DNA of 64,000 nucleotides from Eledone cirrhosa (GCA_964016885.1 OZ024742.1:236716001-236780000), one strand, 5' to 3'; numbered from the stretch's first letter, positions 42,810 through 57,774 are shown. The notes: generated from the letters alone by a model not told the origin. Numbers and translations are program-made.

Positions 42810-43838
42810 GATCTCTAGAACGAGATTACTTTCTATTGCAGTCTGCTTTATAAAACAAGTCCGGTTGTTAAACGAACACGAAGTAATTTTAAAGACAGCC
42901 TTCCATTAAGAACGATGACGTTTGCATCTTTGTGCACAAATACTGCGAACACATTTTAATTGAATGTCGTCAGCATTACAACTAATAAAACTGGTTTCGG
43001 CCATATAAATTATTTATCGTTGTTTTGTTCGTTGATTTATACTTCTTATTTAATTATTTTCTTGTTTTGTTTTAAGTTTTACATAGATAAAGTATGAAAC
43101 TCTAGACAACAACATACTAATAACTAAAGTATCACTGATAGTGTGTTGACATTTTAAGAAGAAGCCAGCTCCAGACTTGTTCAATCTTTCTGCCACACAG
43201 TTATCATGTGTAACAACTTGTGAAGACATGTAGCTTAGTAGTTATGGTGTTCGGCTCAAGAACGTAAAGGCATCGATTTGATTCCAAGATCGCGCGGCTC
43301 GCTATGACCCTGTAGGGTTAAATTGTTCAGTTTAAAATCGCAAAATTATGGATTCAATTCTGGGCGAGGTGGTGTACTTTTGAATGGTTAACGTATTTGC
43401 CTCGCAACAGTAAGGATATGTACCCCATCAGTGTGAAGGATATATACCCCATCAGTGTGAAGCGTTGTCATTCAATATACGATCGAAAGGGTATGAATTT
43501 GATTCCCGGACAGGGTGATGAGTTGTATACTTCAGTCACTAGGGGGTTCGGCTCAAAATCGTAAGTGCGTGAATTTGATTACCCGCCCGGACGCAAGTTA
43601 TGTCCTACAGCAAGACATTTTGTTCTTTATTTTACGTTACTCCAGTACACTCACCAGGCAAAAATAAGTTGTGCCTGTAGATCCAATGTCCAGCTTTGTT
43701 ACACATTGTCATGCTGAATTTCTTTGAGAATCATGTTTAGGGAGCACGTATTTGTAGAATGCTCAGCCACATGTCAATTTCAGGAGTTTGCTGTTCTCTT
43801 GATAAAAAAAACTCGGACTCTTGACAGAGCTTCGAAAT

Positions 43839-44009
<171 letters not shown>

Positions 44010-44228
44010 GGAAGTTTATTTGTTTTATAGACACCATCCATCAAAACTGTATCCCAACTGTCACCATTCTTGACAGATTAGTCAGGTCTCATAAGTATAT
44101 GCAGAATGCTGTAACAGAAATTGCAATATATAGATTCCTGTAAGAATACATACAGACATGCATACATACATATACATACATACATACATACATACATACA
44201 TACATACATACATACATACATACATACA

Positions 44229-45348
44229 TGGTGGCTGCCAACTCGTTTTCGAGTACGGCCACTACTTTATATCCATGTAGGAGAACCCCTACCGATGCGC
44301 TGAACGAGTGTGACTTTTTAGTTCAGCCAGCGACTTGAAAACTCTGGTACAAACACTACACTTGTGACAATTATTGACACATAGTGCTGGGCCCATGTTA
44401 CCATGTGACGACAAGTGCAGAGAGATCTCCAGATATAAAGCAATGCCTGTGCCGTGAAGATTTTATAGTGAGCAAAGGCACTGCACAAAGCCAGTCCCAC
44501 TCTCTTAACCAAGATGATATTTACCAAAAAGAAGAACAAGTCAACATCATTGGATACCATCAGGGTTGCAGGTGTTATATCAGAGTTTTCCTTCTCCTAG
44601 AATTCTGCCTTGACAAAGGCTAAGGGGTCATCTCTCCCTGTGATTTTGGATGGCCATTGACTCTTAAGAGCTCCTTTGCCCTTTGATGGGTTTTGTTTTT
44701 AGTCCTGCAGGATGTCAGGTCACCAGTTGGTGCTACTGGTAACATGTATCCCAGTACAACCTGTCTCATGGTCGGGTCGTTGGCAAATAAACTGGCAACC
44801 CCACCAAGGTTTCTTGGTGAGGAGGGTGACTTTGGACATCCTGCAGGACTAAAAACATACATACATACATACATACATACATACATACATACATACATGG
44901 TGGCTGCCAACTCGTTTTCGAGTACGGCCACTACTTTATATCCATGTAGGAGAACCCCTACTGATGCGCTGAACGAGTGTGATTTTTTAGTCCAGCCAGC
45001 GACTTGAAAGCTCTGGTACAAACACTACACTTGTGACAATTATTGACACATAGTGCTGGGCCCATGGTACCATGTGACGACAAATGCAGAGAGATCTCCA
45101 GATATAAAGCAATGCCTGTGCCGTGAAGCTTTTATAGTGAGCAAAGGCACTGCACAAAGCCAGTCCCACTCTCTTAACCAAGATGATATTTACCAAAAAG
45201 AAGAACAAGTCAACATCATTGGATACCATCAGGGTTGCAGGTGTTATATCAGAGTTTTCCTTCTCCTAGAATTCTGCCTTGACAAAGGCTAAGGGGTCAT
45301 CTCTCCCGGTGATTTTGGATGGCCATTGACTCTTAAGAGCTCCTTTGC
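44229..45348 (-). mobile_element. Two tandem copies of the bipartite RTE derivative in (CATA)n; the first has an inverted 5' segment
   Basis: Near identity to 29761-30360; ~44713-44856 is the reverse complement of ~30217-30362. Confidence 0.88.
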
Positions 45349-45419
45349 ATACATACATACATACATACATACATACATACATACATACATACATACATAC
45401 ATACATACATACATACATG

Positions 45420-45780
45420 TTCTGTTGTAGAGATCAGCTGCCCACTTGATGTAAACGTTGTCAGAAAAATACAGGAGAAGGAGGACATCTACGGACCATT
45501 GATGAGGAGTTTACAAATCCAGTATCCAAGATACACCTTTAGCTTCATACCCATCATTATTGGAGCTACGGGTTATATACCAACCCGCTTGGACCAATGT
45601 GTAATGAACTTGGATTTGCGGACAAAGAGCGCAGCTCCCTAATTCATGGTGTACAAATGGCTGCATTAGCTGGCACCTTCAAAGTTTGCAAAACATTCTT
45701 GCGATTCAAGGGATGAAAATTTCTTTTCTTTTACAACCTGGCCACCAGGAAGGTGGCCGGTCAAAAATATACTCGAAATT
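45420..45780 (+). mobile_element. RLE-type non-LTR 3' fragment
   Basis: Manual translation [24 protein letters not shown]...FIPIIIGATGYIP. Confidence 0.7.
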
Positions 45781-45795
45781 AAGAGAAAGAGAGGC

Positions 45796-45844
<49 letters not shown>

Positions 45845-45885
45845 ACTTTCGTGAAGGCGCGTGGCTGGACCTTTTATATATCTGT

Positions 45886-45954
<69 letters not shown>

Positions 45955-45962
<8 letters not shown>

Positions 45963-46345
45963 TAAGAGGAATTCCAACTTTGTCTGATTTACTCGTTTTA
46001 TTTACAATCCTTTAAAATTTATAATGGTATTATAATGAAATAGTATGATAGAATATTAAATTCTAAGTGTTAATTGAACAAGTACTTTTATGCTTTCGCA
46101 ATCTTCAGGTTCATAATATGTGGTGACAGTCAAGTTTGCAATTTTCAACTGTTGAAATTGCAAACTTGACTGTCACCACATATTATGAACCTGAAGATTG
46201 CGAAAGCATAAAAGTACTTGTTCAATTAACACTTAGAATTTAATATTCTATCATACTATTTCATTATAATACCATTATAAATTTTAAAGGAGTGTAAATA
46301 AAACGAGTAAATCAGACACAGTTGGAATTCCTCTTATTAATATAA
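45955..46345. mobile_element. Near-perfect ~390-bp palindromic element with minimal hammerheads (46186-46224 +, 46074-46113 -)
   Basis: Arms ~190 bp about ~46150; TGAAC-CTGAAGA-ttgc-GAA-AGcA...TACT-T-GTTCA (no stem II). Confidence 0.85.
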
Positions 46346-46371
46346 TCTTCTATACACAATCATACACACCC

Positions 46372-46461
<90 letters not shown>

Positions 46462-47370
46462 GGTCTGGGAATAATGGACAAATGGACAAACTCCACTAAA
46501 AACAATATTTTCCGGAATTGTGACTCGGACGTTAGAAACCACATAATCTGGGTAATTCCTAAACACTAATGAAATTATCACAGGATCCACGTGACAGGTG
46601 CAATGTGTCCGAACACGGCAGAGCCGAACTTCTACTGTCATCGCCTCCAAATTGTTAATTTTATTAATTTCTATCTTTGGCGTTGTTCATGTATCCATAT
46701 CCTTTCGCCATATCTAACGATTCCACTCGGATTAAAAAATCTGTTTCTTGTCTTAGAATGAGAAGTACTCTCTCTCTCTCTCTCACCCCCCCCCCCCCCC
46801 GCACACACACACATGATGTCAAAACTCTGTTCTTGATATCGTAGTTTGCTGGATGTATGATTATATATGAGACAAATGCGCAGGAAATCTGAGCCATGTA
46901 TAAGTTAAAAAGTAGACCCCCTCTCTGTGCTCCTAAAGAGAAGGGTTGCACACTTTTTTCGTGGGTGTGTGCGACCCCCCCCCCCCCCCAAGGCGCCTCC
47001 TCCCTATTGAGGAGTTTGTTATTAAATTTATTTTGTTATATTTTATTTTATTTTTATATCTTGTTATTGCCTCCTCCTTATTGAGGACGCCTTTTTATGT
47101 GAACTCCCCCCATTGTACTTGTCCCACTTTTTGATGCCCTGGTGACAAATAAAAAGAAAGTTATATTAAGACGCTAAACGTTGTTAGAATGGAACAAGCG
47201 ACATTTTAACGTTGCAGTGATATACATATTTTAATCAGTCGATTTGAAGGTTTAATCTGCATCTTATGATATATTGACAGTCACACATATCATACATACA
47301 CACATGCACGCACCATCACACACATATACATATGCACATGCACACATGCGCACAGACACACAGACACACA

Positions 47371-47449
<79 letters not shown>

Positions 47450-47604
47450 ACACACGCACGCACAAGCACACAGACAGTAATACGCATACACATGTGCCTC
47501 CGTGAATAAACTGACAGAAGTACACGCAATCACAAGCGCGTTTTCACACACATCTCTAAACCGATTATTACGATATAACGGGATGAGTTCAGCCGAACGT
47601 GTGC

Positions 47605-47652
<48 letters not shown>

Positions 47653-48967
47653 TAAAATAACAGATTAAAGTTTAAGCAAAGAATCGCTGCTTTCACCCTT
47701 AACGGGATCTTCTGAAACTAACAAAGTCAATCTGTAAACGCAGAAGTGGATATTTCAAAAAACGTTGCAACCGGAGGAAGACAGGAAGACGATACTTTGG
47801 TTCGTGGAAACGTTCCCTGGCAAAGAACGGGAAAAAACGAATATAATACGTCATTAATAGGAGCGGTGAGAAACAATTACGCGCAAAGAATGAACCACGT
47901 TTATGGTATAAAAGAGGTCGTAGACTAATGTTCTCTTAGGTGGTTCATAGAGACGTTCTCTGGCAATGAACGAAAAAAACGAAGATAATACGTCATATGT
48001 GGAGCGTAGAGAACAATAGCACGCAAAGACAAAACCACGCAAATGATATAGCTGAAGTCGTAGACTAAAATTCTAACTAGGAGACCGAATGAATCTCTGC
48101 TACAGAGTTAAGAGCAAAGTAAATATATACAATACAGAAGTAATAGAAATACATACACGCAAACAAATACGTACATACACAAGCATACGCAGAACACTTA
48201 CCATCGGTATACAAAACCACGCACATATAAATATGTGTGTATGCGTGTATACAAATAAATAGATAATTATATAAACGTATATAAATAAATAAATACGTAT
48301 ATAACAAGCGCACACACATACCTACATGTAAATACACGAATGTTCGGAGACGTAAGTCAACCAAAACATGAAGTACACATATAGACACACCCAACATACG
48401 TACGAACCTGCATACTCGCACAGACGCAAAACTCCTGTATACACATAGCCAAACCATATGTACCAGAATATATAAAATTATACGCCATAACATAAACAAT
48501 CAAATATACGTACGAGAAGGTATACGTACCTTCACAAAACATACGGGTAAAATATACTTACCTATGCAAATAAGTAATGGTATAAACAAAACATACTTAG
48601 CTCCCACATCAAGACGTAAAATATCCACGTATAAATCGTACTATCCGTTAGGGTATAGCGTGGGGCTGTAATACAGGAAAGTTTTGAGCAATTTATGTTT
48701 ACAAGCCGAAATTGCCTCAGATTTTTTGTTTAAGATGTGGTCTGTGGCGTAGAGTATTTCCAGGGCCTCAGCGGCGCAGAGGTCACATGGTCTTTTATTA
48801 CCGTTATACGATCTAGCCCTAGCTAGGATCTCTCAGTGTAACTTATATTGGGTGTGGTTGTCTTTTAGACTCCAGATATAAGCTGAAAGTGACGTCATGT
48901 TCCTTCTTAGAGGGTAACGAAAAGAATGGGTATGCATGTAAAGACGCTGCTTGAATCTATAGCTATT

Positions 48968-49665
48968 CTATTATTTTAAAGTAGTGACTATGTCACTTAC
49001 TTCTTTTTTCAGCAAAGGAAAGGAGATAAGCTGACAGATCTGTTTCACACTGTTGGTGTTCATCAGAGCTTAGCACTCGCCGACCTTTGCCGAAATTATA
49101 GAGGTTGGATTCTTATAGAATTCCAGTAATAACCAGGAACTGATTATACAGAGCGATTGCCGGTCCAGCAAAAATTGAAAATTAGGATTGGTGCTCTGAA
49201 ATAGCGATGTATACATGAATGTATGTATAGTATATTTTGCAATATACTGTATGTTTAATTAAAAACATTAAAGTAGTGACTGTGTCACTTACATCTTTTT
49301 TCAGCAAGCATACAGTATATTGCCAAATATATTATACATACATTCATGTATACATCGCTATTTCAGAGCACCAATCCTAATTTTCAATATTTGCTGGACC
49401 GGCAATCGCTCTGTATAATCAGTTCCTGGTTATTACTGGAATTCTATAAGAATCCAACCTCTATAATTTTCGGCAAAGGTCGGCGAGTGCTAAGCTCTGA
49501 TGATCACCAACAGTGTGAAACAGATCTGTCCGCTTATCTCCCTTCCTTTGCTGAAAAAAGAAGTGACATAGTCACTACTTTAAAATAATAGCGCAAGGTC
49601 TTCAAAATGTTTTTAATTAAACATACAGTATATTGCCAAATATACTATACATACATTCATATATA
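48968..49665. mobile_element. Retrozyme-like family A, two divergent monomers (~291 and ~313 nt), each with partial tandem repeat
   Basis: Long inverted arms; direct repeats 48978/49269 and 49309/49622. Confidence 0.88.
49027..49072 (-). ncRNA. Canonical type I hammerhead ribozyme
   Basis: TAAGCT-CTGATGA-ACAC caaca GTGT-GAA-ACAGATCTGT-C-AGCTTA; second copy at 49491-49536 (+) with two substitutions. Confidence 0.93.
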
Positions 49666-49722
49666 CATATATATATATATATATTTGTGTGTGTGTGTGT
49701 ATGCATATATATATATATATAG

Positions 49723-49792
<70 letters not shown>

Positions 49793-52700
49793 TATATATA
49801 TATATATGTGTGTATGTGTGTGTATGTGTGTGTGTGTTTGTGACAGCTCACACCTATGCACGTTTAGCTGGCCTCCTCCAAGGTATATCTCGCTGGAGGT
49901 GTCTTGGGTAATTAAATGATAGGGATCCCAGTCCTATCATATCATTTCTACAGTTCAGTAAACTGGAGCAACGTGAAATAAAGTGTCTTGCTCAAGGAAA
50001 TAACACATCACTCGGTCCGAGAATTGAACTCACAACATTTCGATTGCAAGCCCAATGCTCTAACCACTAAGCCATGCGCCTTTACATATCATATATATAT
50101 ATATGTGATAAACAAAACGAGGAAGTTTCGCTTACATATGAAAAATATTTATTGCGTATCGACCTGTTACGCACGTTTCGCAGAGGATTGGCTCAAGGTG
50201 ACCCATACGGGTTAAGGACCCGACTTCATATATCTATGCAGACACACACACACACATGGCATTGGTCAGACCGTTCTTATAATAGTAGATTCTTGCCTAC
50301 ACAATGTGCAACGCAGTAAACCCTATCTTGGAAACCACATGGTTAGGAGGCGAACTTCCTAAGCATGCATTAATGTCTTTATGTATGCATGTACACACAC
50401 ACACACACACACACACACACGTATATATATATATGTTATAATGACCTATAAATATGATATAGAATGGTGTCATTATGACCTAGAATGACGTGACAGTAAC
50501 ATATGACCTACTATGATGTGATTATGACGTGATTATGACATATGACATACTATAATGTGACAGTGATGAATGACCTATTATGATGTTATTATGACGTCTT
50601 AATGTGTGACAATAATATATGGCCTATTATGATGTTTGTAAGTAGGCTGAAATGTCTATTTGTATTCGGTGACCTCTGGTACATACTTTGTTCCTGCTAA
50701 AGACATTAACGGAAGTGAAAGTGCATAGCTAACTGGTTCGGGTGTCCGACTAACAATCAAAGTAATAAGCCCGATTCCCAGTGGCGCATCAGGTTATTGA
50801 GCAAGACACCAGTTCATATATTGTAGCTAGAAAAAAAATAACTTGCACCTCTAATTCAAAAGGAGTAACCTTGTCATACATTCCCTCATTCTTAATCTCC
50901 CTGAGAACTAGGTTAAAGATACATGTATCTGTGGAATACTCAGCCACTCGAACGTTAATTTCGGGTGACGGATAATGTGTGGGAATTCCAATCTTACTAT
51001 TCGTTTCACCAAACCTTTATTTGCTTACAGTCTAGCTTCAAACATGTGTTGGTGGACAGGAGTGTTCGTAGGGCGGCTTCGGTGTAGTGGCTAATACTGC
51101 TTTTTGGCATACTGTAGATAGGAGGTTCTATAACCGCAGGCGTTTCGGTCTATTTTTTACCGCCTCAAGGCTTTATAGTTAAAATTATGCGTTATAGAAG
51201 CCTTGCATGGTGGCAAAAAATACAATATCTATCTATCTATATATATATGAACATACACACCCACAAATATATATAAATATATATATACATTCACACACAT
51301 TAAATTTACAGCTCTTACTTATGCAGGTTTAGCTGGCCTCCTATAAAACCGTATCTCATAGGAGTGTCTTGTTCAAGAACACGGTGCGCCGCTCTGCAGG
51401 AATTGAACCCTCAATCTTATTATTGTGAGTCCAACACCCTAACCATTACGATACACACACATACACAATCACACATTCACACAGAAACACACACAGACAC
51501 ATATATATAGTCTGTGTGTGTGTGCGTGTGTGTATACATATATGTAAATATATAGTGTGCGCGTGCATGTGTGCGTGTTTGTGTGTGTGAATATATCTGT
51601 GCGTGCGTGTGTATATATGATAGGACTGAGACGACAAGGATATGTCCATTCATATGAGCTAAATACCTTATGTCAAATCAGATATTTGAAGAGATACATT
51701 ATTTTCTCGGCTATCTTGCCCCCGTCAAGCTTATCTCATACAGACTTATGATGAAAAATATACCCTGCTTCATTATCATATGCCAGCATTACTATTTTCA
51801 AATGGATCAGTGTGGAAGCCTATTTAGCAATTGTCCTACTTGCTAGAAATAGCAACCAAATTTCCAACTTTCATCAAATAAGTACGAACAGTCTTTTTGA
51901 TTCTTTGTATTGTCATTCTGGAAAGAAACCATACAAAACAAATAAACGATAATAAGGTCCTAACTGGAGAGCTTTTGATTGTGGGTCTCCTCGTTCATAA
52001 CTATTGTTGAAAGTAGCCTTTTGTTTCTGTCGTGCTTTCAGATGAATGTTATATTTACACTGATTTTATTCAAGTACTAGCAACAGTGCCCATGCTTGCC
52101 TGGGTACAAGCATTGATTTTTACATAGTAAGAGGAGCAGGCATAGAGAATCGAATAATCATCATCGAAATCGACAGAGAATCCATCTTAAAGTACAACGG
52201 TTTTGTCCTTGTCATTCGTACGTCGTTGTGGCTATTGTTGTTGTAGTCGTTATCGTTGTTGTTGTTATTGCGTTTGTTGATCCAATACGAAGAGTATTTA
52301 TGGATGTGATTGACTAAAATTACTTTACAATTCAATCTTTAGAGGTCCTCGCAAAATAGTTGTGATTTTTATAATCAGCAAGCAAACTAGAACTGTGTAG
52401 ACATTTACAAAAAAAAAAAAAAAAATAAATAAATAAATAAATAAAATAAATCGGCAACTTCGTCAAACGGACAAAATCTAACCGTAGAAAACATACACCA
52501 CAAACAACCATTACAACAACAAGAACATCAGCAATGAGAATCATTTATTTTTTATACATCTCTGCAACTTGATTTCAACATCTATACTTTATGTCCAACA
52601 TATACCAAGACCAACATATAGTGTTGTGTAACAATTCTAGTAACGCCATTTGCTGTATCGGATAGTAAATTCTGTTAGCATTTAAGATCAATTCAATACC

Positions 52701-52858
52701 TTTATAGGCGTGGCAGAGCAATCAGAAGTCTTAGTACACATACAAACACACACACAACATACATATATATACCGGGGTTTAACTCCCTTTGGGAAAACCA
52801 TGTGACCTCCAGTAGTGCTTACTGCTAAAGCTCACACTCGGCGCGACAGAGAACGGAT

Positions 52859-52994
52859 ACCTGTTGAGAAAGTGAAACCTCTGTTCGATCTTCCAAAACC
52901 AATAACTTGCATACCCCGCCAGTGGATTTTGTTGTTTTCGGATTCAGAGAAACCTAGCGGAGATATTGTATAATATCGACGCGATGGTCCAGGT
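52859..52994 (+). ncRNA. Possible hammerhead with U3-A8 core and extended stems II/III
   Basis: ACCTG-TTGAGAA-[~78 nt]-GAA-ACC..GCG...CGC..GGT-C-CAGGT; followed by the shared bulged hairpin at 53098. Confidence 0.45.
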
Positions 52995-53440
52995 TTGTCA
53001 AATTATCCTGAGTCGGTTTTCTCGTTGCTTTGGTCCCTGCGGCTGGCTTACCGGTCGCAATCTTCAATTTGCCAAGCTGTCTAAACGTAATGATATTACT
53101 CTAAGGTAAAATACATTATTGAGTGCTTAGCTGCACATTCCGATTGCATTCGTTAGATTCACTGCATCCAGAGCTTCGATTATACTGAACTTCCATTTGT
53201 TTATATATATATATATATATAAACAAAAGGGATATTTAATTTGTTGGTAATTCAACAAATATATATGTTTACAACTGAGTCGAAGCGCCCTATACCTCAA
53301 CCTCATTTGCATACTCTTCTTAATAATTTGAAATATTTGACTTTTCTTCTCTTTCCCTTCTTTCCTTTTACTATCCAGGAAAAACTTGAACCGTTAAGAT
53401 CTTCTTCCTGGATATGTCAATATTTATGAAACAAACTTTG

Positions 53441-53501
53441 TATTTTATTTGATGAGAGCGCACCAAAGTTTTGATACCCTTGAAATATATATAATAGAAT
53501 A
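53441..53501 (+). ncRNA. Type I hammerhead (family F) in element 53221-53546
   Basis: TATTTTAT-TTGATGA-GAG...CTT-GAA-ATATATAT-A-ATAGAATA. Confidence 0.75.
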
Positions 53502-53543
53502 AATATGGCTTTAGAAATATAGTTTCCATTTATTTAATATCAT

Positions 53544-53699
<156 letters not shown>

Positions 53700-53706
53700 T
53701 ATATAT

Positions 53707-53849
<143 letters not shown>

Positions 53850-54032
53850 ATAAGACATATAATTAATTATTAATTAATCAATTATATGATCAAAAGATTG
53901 GGTTCGTCAGACTTAATAAAATATAGAAGAAACATTTTTACCCCTACGAATCATTTTGCATACATCTTACACCAACGCTTAATGTTTACATTTGAATATA
54001 TACTACGTAAATAATAATAAAAAAAGCACTCA

Positions 54033-54119
<87 letters not shown>

Positions 54120-54325
54120 ACTCACACTTTATTCCATTAACTTCAAGTTATCGGGATTTAAGCTTTGGCAGAAAGTTTTTTTTCAATCAAGTTATTTAGT
54201 GACTCTGACAGCTCAACTCTCAGACTTCAAGATAGAGAAATCACTACTTGCGTTGTATATTTGTATATGTAGAATCATGTATACGCATATGTGAGTGTCT
54301 ATCTATAAGTATTTGTTTACGTATG

Positions 54326-54403
<78 letters not shown>

Positions 54404-55444
54404 ATGCGTGTGTGAATGGGAGTGTATGAATGACTAAATACCTATACATACGTATACATACATACGTGTGTGTGTGTGATCCTCTTCTAAGTAGTATTGA
54501 AATCAAGGAAATAATAATATAATGAAATCTTATCGTGGCCTAATCAATAGGTGCAGGGTTTAGTGTGGCATTATAGTTAAAGGTCAAGTTAAGGGGAATA
54601 TAAGTGGAAACAGGCGAAAGAAAAATGATATCAGTGTTGACGACTACGAAGGAGATCTAATGATGAAAGTTACGGGAATGGTGGTGTTGGCTTCATGGGG
54701 TTGAAAATGGCGGGGTTTATTTATTTAAGGCTGCATAGGTTGTATTGATACTGATAATTATAGTATGGCTGTTGTAGATATATTATTGATTGCTTACATA
54801 TGAAAAAAAAAGCTTCAGTCATTATACAGGAGAGGAGAAATGGGAATATGTGATGTTCATCATTTTCTTTAAAGTATTAGGGATATTTTCCAGATGGTGA
54901 ATCGAGTCCAATTTAGTAAATTAAAGTACAGCTCAATAAATATTGACTTTTAAAGTAAGTTTAACCAAACAAAGTTATCCATACTCTACACCTGGATTAG
55001 TCAACAGCACAATAACAAAAACAAAAACAACTCTATACAATAAACGATGAAGACAAAAAAAAAGAAAAGAAAAGTAACTACAATAAGCGATGACCTCGAC
55101 AACAAAAACAGCTACAATAAGCTATGACGACAACAACAAAATAAAAAACGGAGTAGGTAAACTGAATACAATAAATATTAGAATGTGTTCGTATGGAAAG
55201 TATTAGTATAATACAAATGCCATAAAATAAAAGCAAGTTTTTTATTAGAAAAATGTTTACTTCACATACGTCATTGGAAAAGATGTGAATTTTCTATTTT
55301 CTAAAACGCACCAACAGCAGTGAGAATGCAACACTATTCCAGTTTCAAGTGAGAATATTCTCTTCTCTCAAAATAAAGAACAAAAGTCATTATGAGACTT
55401 CTCTATACTCCATCTTGCTCAACTCTCGTACGGAACACCCAGCA

Positions 55445-56105
55445 TACTAATGGGTCACTTCCGCTACGGCCCACTGCTCTTTGCGTTGGCAGTCAACAAC
55501 GTTGTCGTCCTTCAACGTCTGGTACCTAGAGGACATGACACTGGGTGGCTCGGCTGAGTCAGTAGTTGAAGACATTAGGCTAATCATATCAGCTCTAAAA
55601 CTCCTCGGACTCGAGATCAACCTATCCAAGTCCAAAGTCATAAACGTTTGCTATAGTGACGCCGTACTCAGCACCCATCCCGTCTTGTCTAGGGCTCGGC
55701 TAACGCCCAAAGGCGCTGCCTGTATTCTCGGCTCTCTAATTCTCTCAAAAGTCATACGAGAGTGCCTGGAGACCAAGAACACCAACTTGGTGAGGATGGC
55801 GGAGAGGTTACGCCCCATTGACGCTCACCCGACGATCTTTCTCCTGGGGAACTAATTCGCCCTTCCTAATTTCTTGTTCACGCTGCGCGAAGCGCTTTGT
55901 GACCCTCTCGCAGAACTCCTCAGTGAACTCGATGCCACCATCCGACGTTGTGCGGAACTCCTCTTCTATCTCAGTTTCGATAGCATCAGCTGGCAACGGT
56001 GAAGCACTCAGTGAGGTTCGGTGACCTCGGACTCCGATCTGCATCAGATCTGGCACAGCCGGCCTATCTCACCTCAATCTCTTCTATTCGCGCCTCGTCC
56101 GTTGG
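55445..56105 (+). mobile_element. CRE-like non-LTR RT fragment
   Basis: NVWYLEDMTLGG (WYLDD-like), LGLEINLSKS, ILGSLI, VRFGDLGLRSASDLAQPAYL. Confidence 0.78.
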
Positions 56106-56339
56106 TTGTTGCAGCGGATGTCAATGGTCATTGTTCGCGGTAATATCTTTGCTATTTTGTCTGCGGGACACAGCCGATAAACGGCTCTGGTACTTTATTT
56201 TATCGACCCCGTAAGGATGAAAGGCAAAGTCAACCGCGGCGGGATTTGAACTCAAGTCGTAAAGGGACGTAACTATGCTGGAAAGCATGGCGTCCGACCC
56301 TCTACCGATACTGCCAATCCACAAAAATAATAATAATAA

Positions 56340-57320
56340 TTGTATATGTCGTCCACATCACTGTAACTTCTATATTTTTATTCTGAGGTCTATCTTTTCT
56401 ACGTATTGTATTGTATAGTGTTTTGGCTACTACATCATGCCACATAGGTAAATAGTATCGTGATGACACTTTTGAACAACTCCTTATGATGTGGGTGACA
56501 TCCTCGATGTTTATTTCACAGTGTGCACCTATTGTTACATCTAGGTTTTTCCCTCCATTTCTATGCCTTGTCCATAAAGTATCTTCTCTTCTTGGATGGC
56601 AAAATCATATATTTCAAAGTGAGAGCGAATATGCCGGTTGTTGGTCACGATAGCCTACTTTGCTTATTACTCTCCCTTTGAAACTTTCTGGCAACACAGC
56701 CATGCATAATTTTTTTGCTGATAATCATGCAGCTTTTCATCCATGGATTCGTTGTAGTATTGCTGTGTAATTTTCCTGGGTGCGAGTCTTTGGTTATCAT
56801 GTAGAAAGTATTTATCAAGGAGCTCCTTTCCAGCTTTCATGATGTTATCTGCCTCATGTAGAAATACTTATTCTGAGGATGCGCTTCTACACTTGGTGGT
56901 ACACTGAAATACTGTTTGGATTGATATTAAGCCTCTGTTTCTTTGTGAACGTTTTAGGTAGAGTCGGCCTATGCCAATGTTGATGTGGAAATTTCTGGTG
57001 GCGGTTAGGACTTTTTATGTTTTAACATCAATGACTCGGGTCTAATTTAGCATCCAGTCAAATAGGGAAAATGTTGGTATCAGCGCAGGTACAGCAAACA
57101 CATTGTGGGCCGCTGGTTTATTGAGTGCAGCGAGTTTCCAAGACCAGATTTTACTTACCCGGGTTTTATATTCCTTGTTATTCGTTCCTTATTACAAATT
57201 CCATCATAGGATATATTTTCATCTGTCCCTAAGAATCTGTAACAGTCCACGTCAGATATCTGTGAAACAGTCACACCATTGATTGAGATGTTACTAGATT
57301 GGCTTGTAGTTTTTCCTCAC
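56340..57320 (-). mobile_element. R4/Dong-like RT C-terminal fragment
   Basis: Manual translation FLGTDENISYDG...KEYKTRVSKIWS..L.ALNK..AHNVFAVPALIPTF. Confidence 0.7.
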
Positions 57321-57743
57321 TATGTATATATATAGTTGTGCCTAAATCTTGATCTCCTCCTCCCATCTTGCTCCTCTTCCTGCTCATATTCCTCTTCTTC
57401 CGTCCCCATACCACCACCACATTCACCACAACCATCTTATTTTTTCAATTATTCACACGCACAAACACACATCTACACACACACACACACATATATATAT
57501 ATTGTTTATTTATTCATTTCTCTGCTTTTACAGTCACTTGCTTAACTGAACAGACGACATGGCTTTCAGTCTCCATCTATTGACACTATCTACCAACGAG
57601 ATCTGGCAGTCGTTCTACACACACACACGCACACACACACACACACACACACGTACACGCACACACGCACACACGCACACACGGACACACACACACACAC
57701 ATACACACACACTTATATATATATACATATATATATAAATACG

Positions 57744-57774
<31 letters not shown>

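Noticed and set aside
47680-47722. CAGAAGA-CCC/GGG-GAAA on the minus strand
   Set aside because: The core is mutated and no stem I/III closure was found.
47740-48600. Possible exon or unusual element in an A-rich, CG/ACG-rich stretch
   Set aside because: It looks like decayed simple repeats; no motif or reading frame is supportable.
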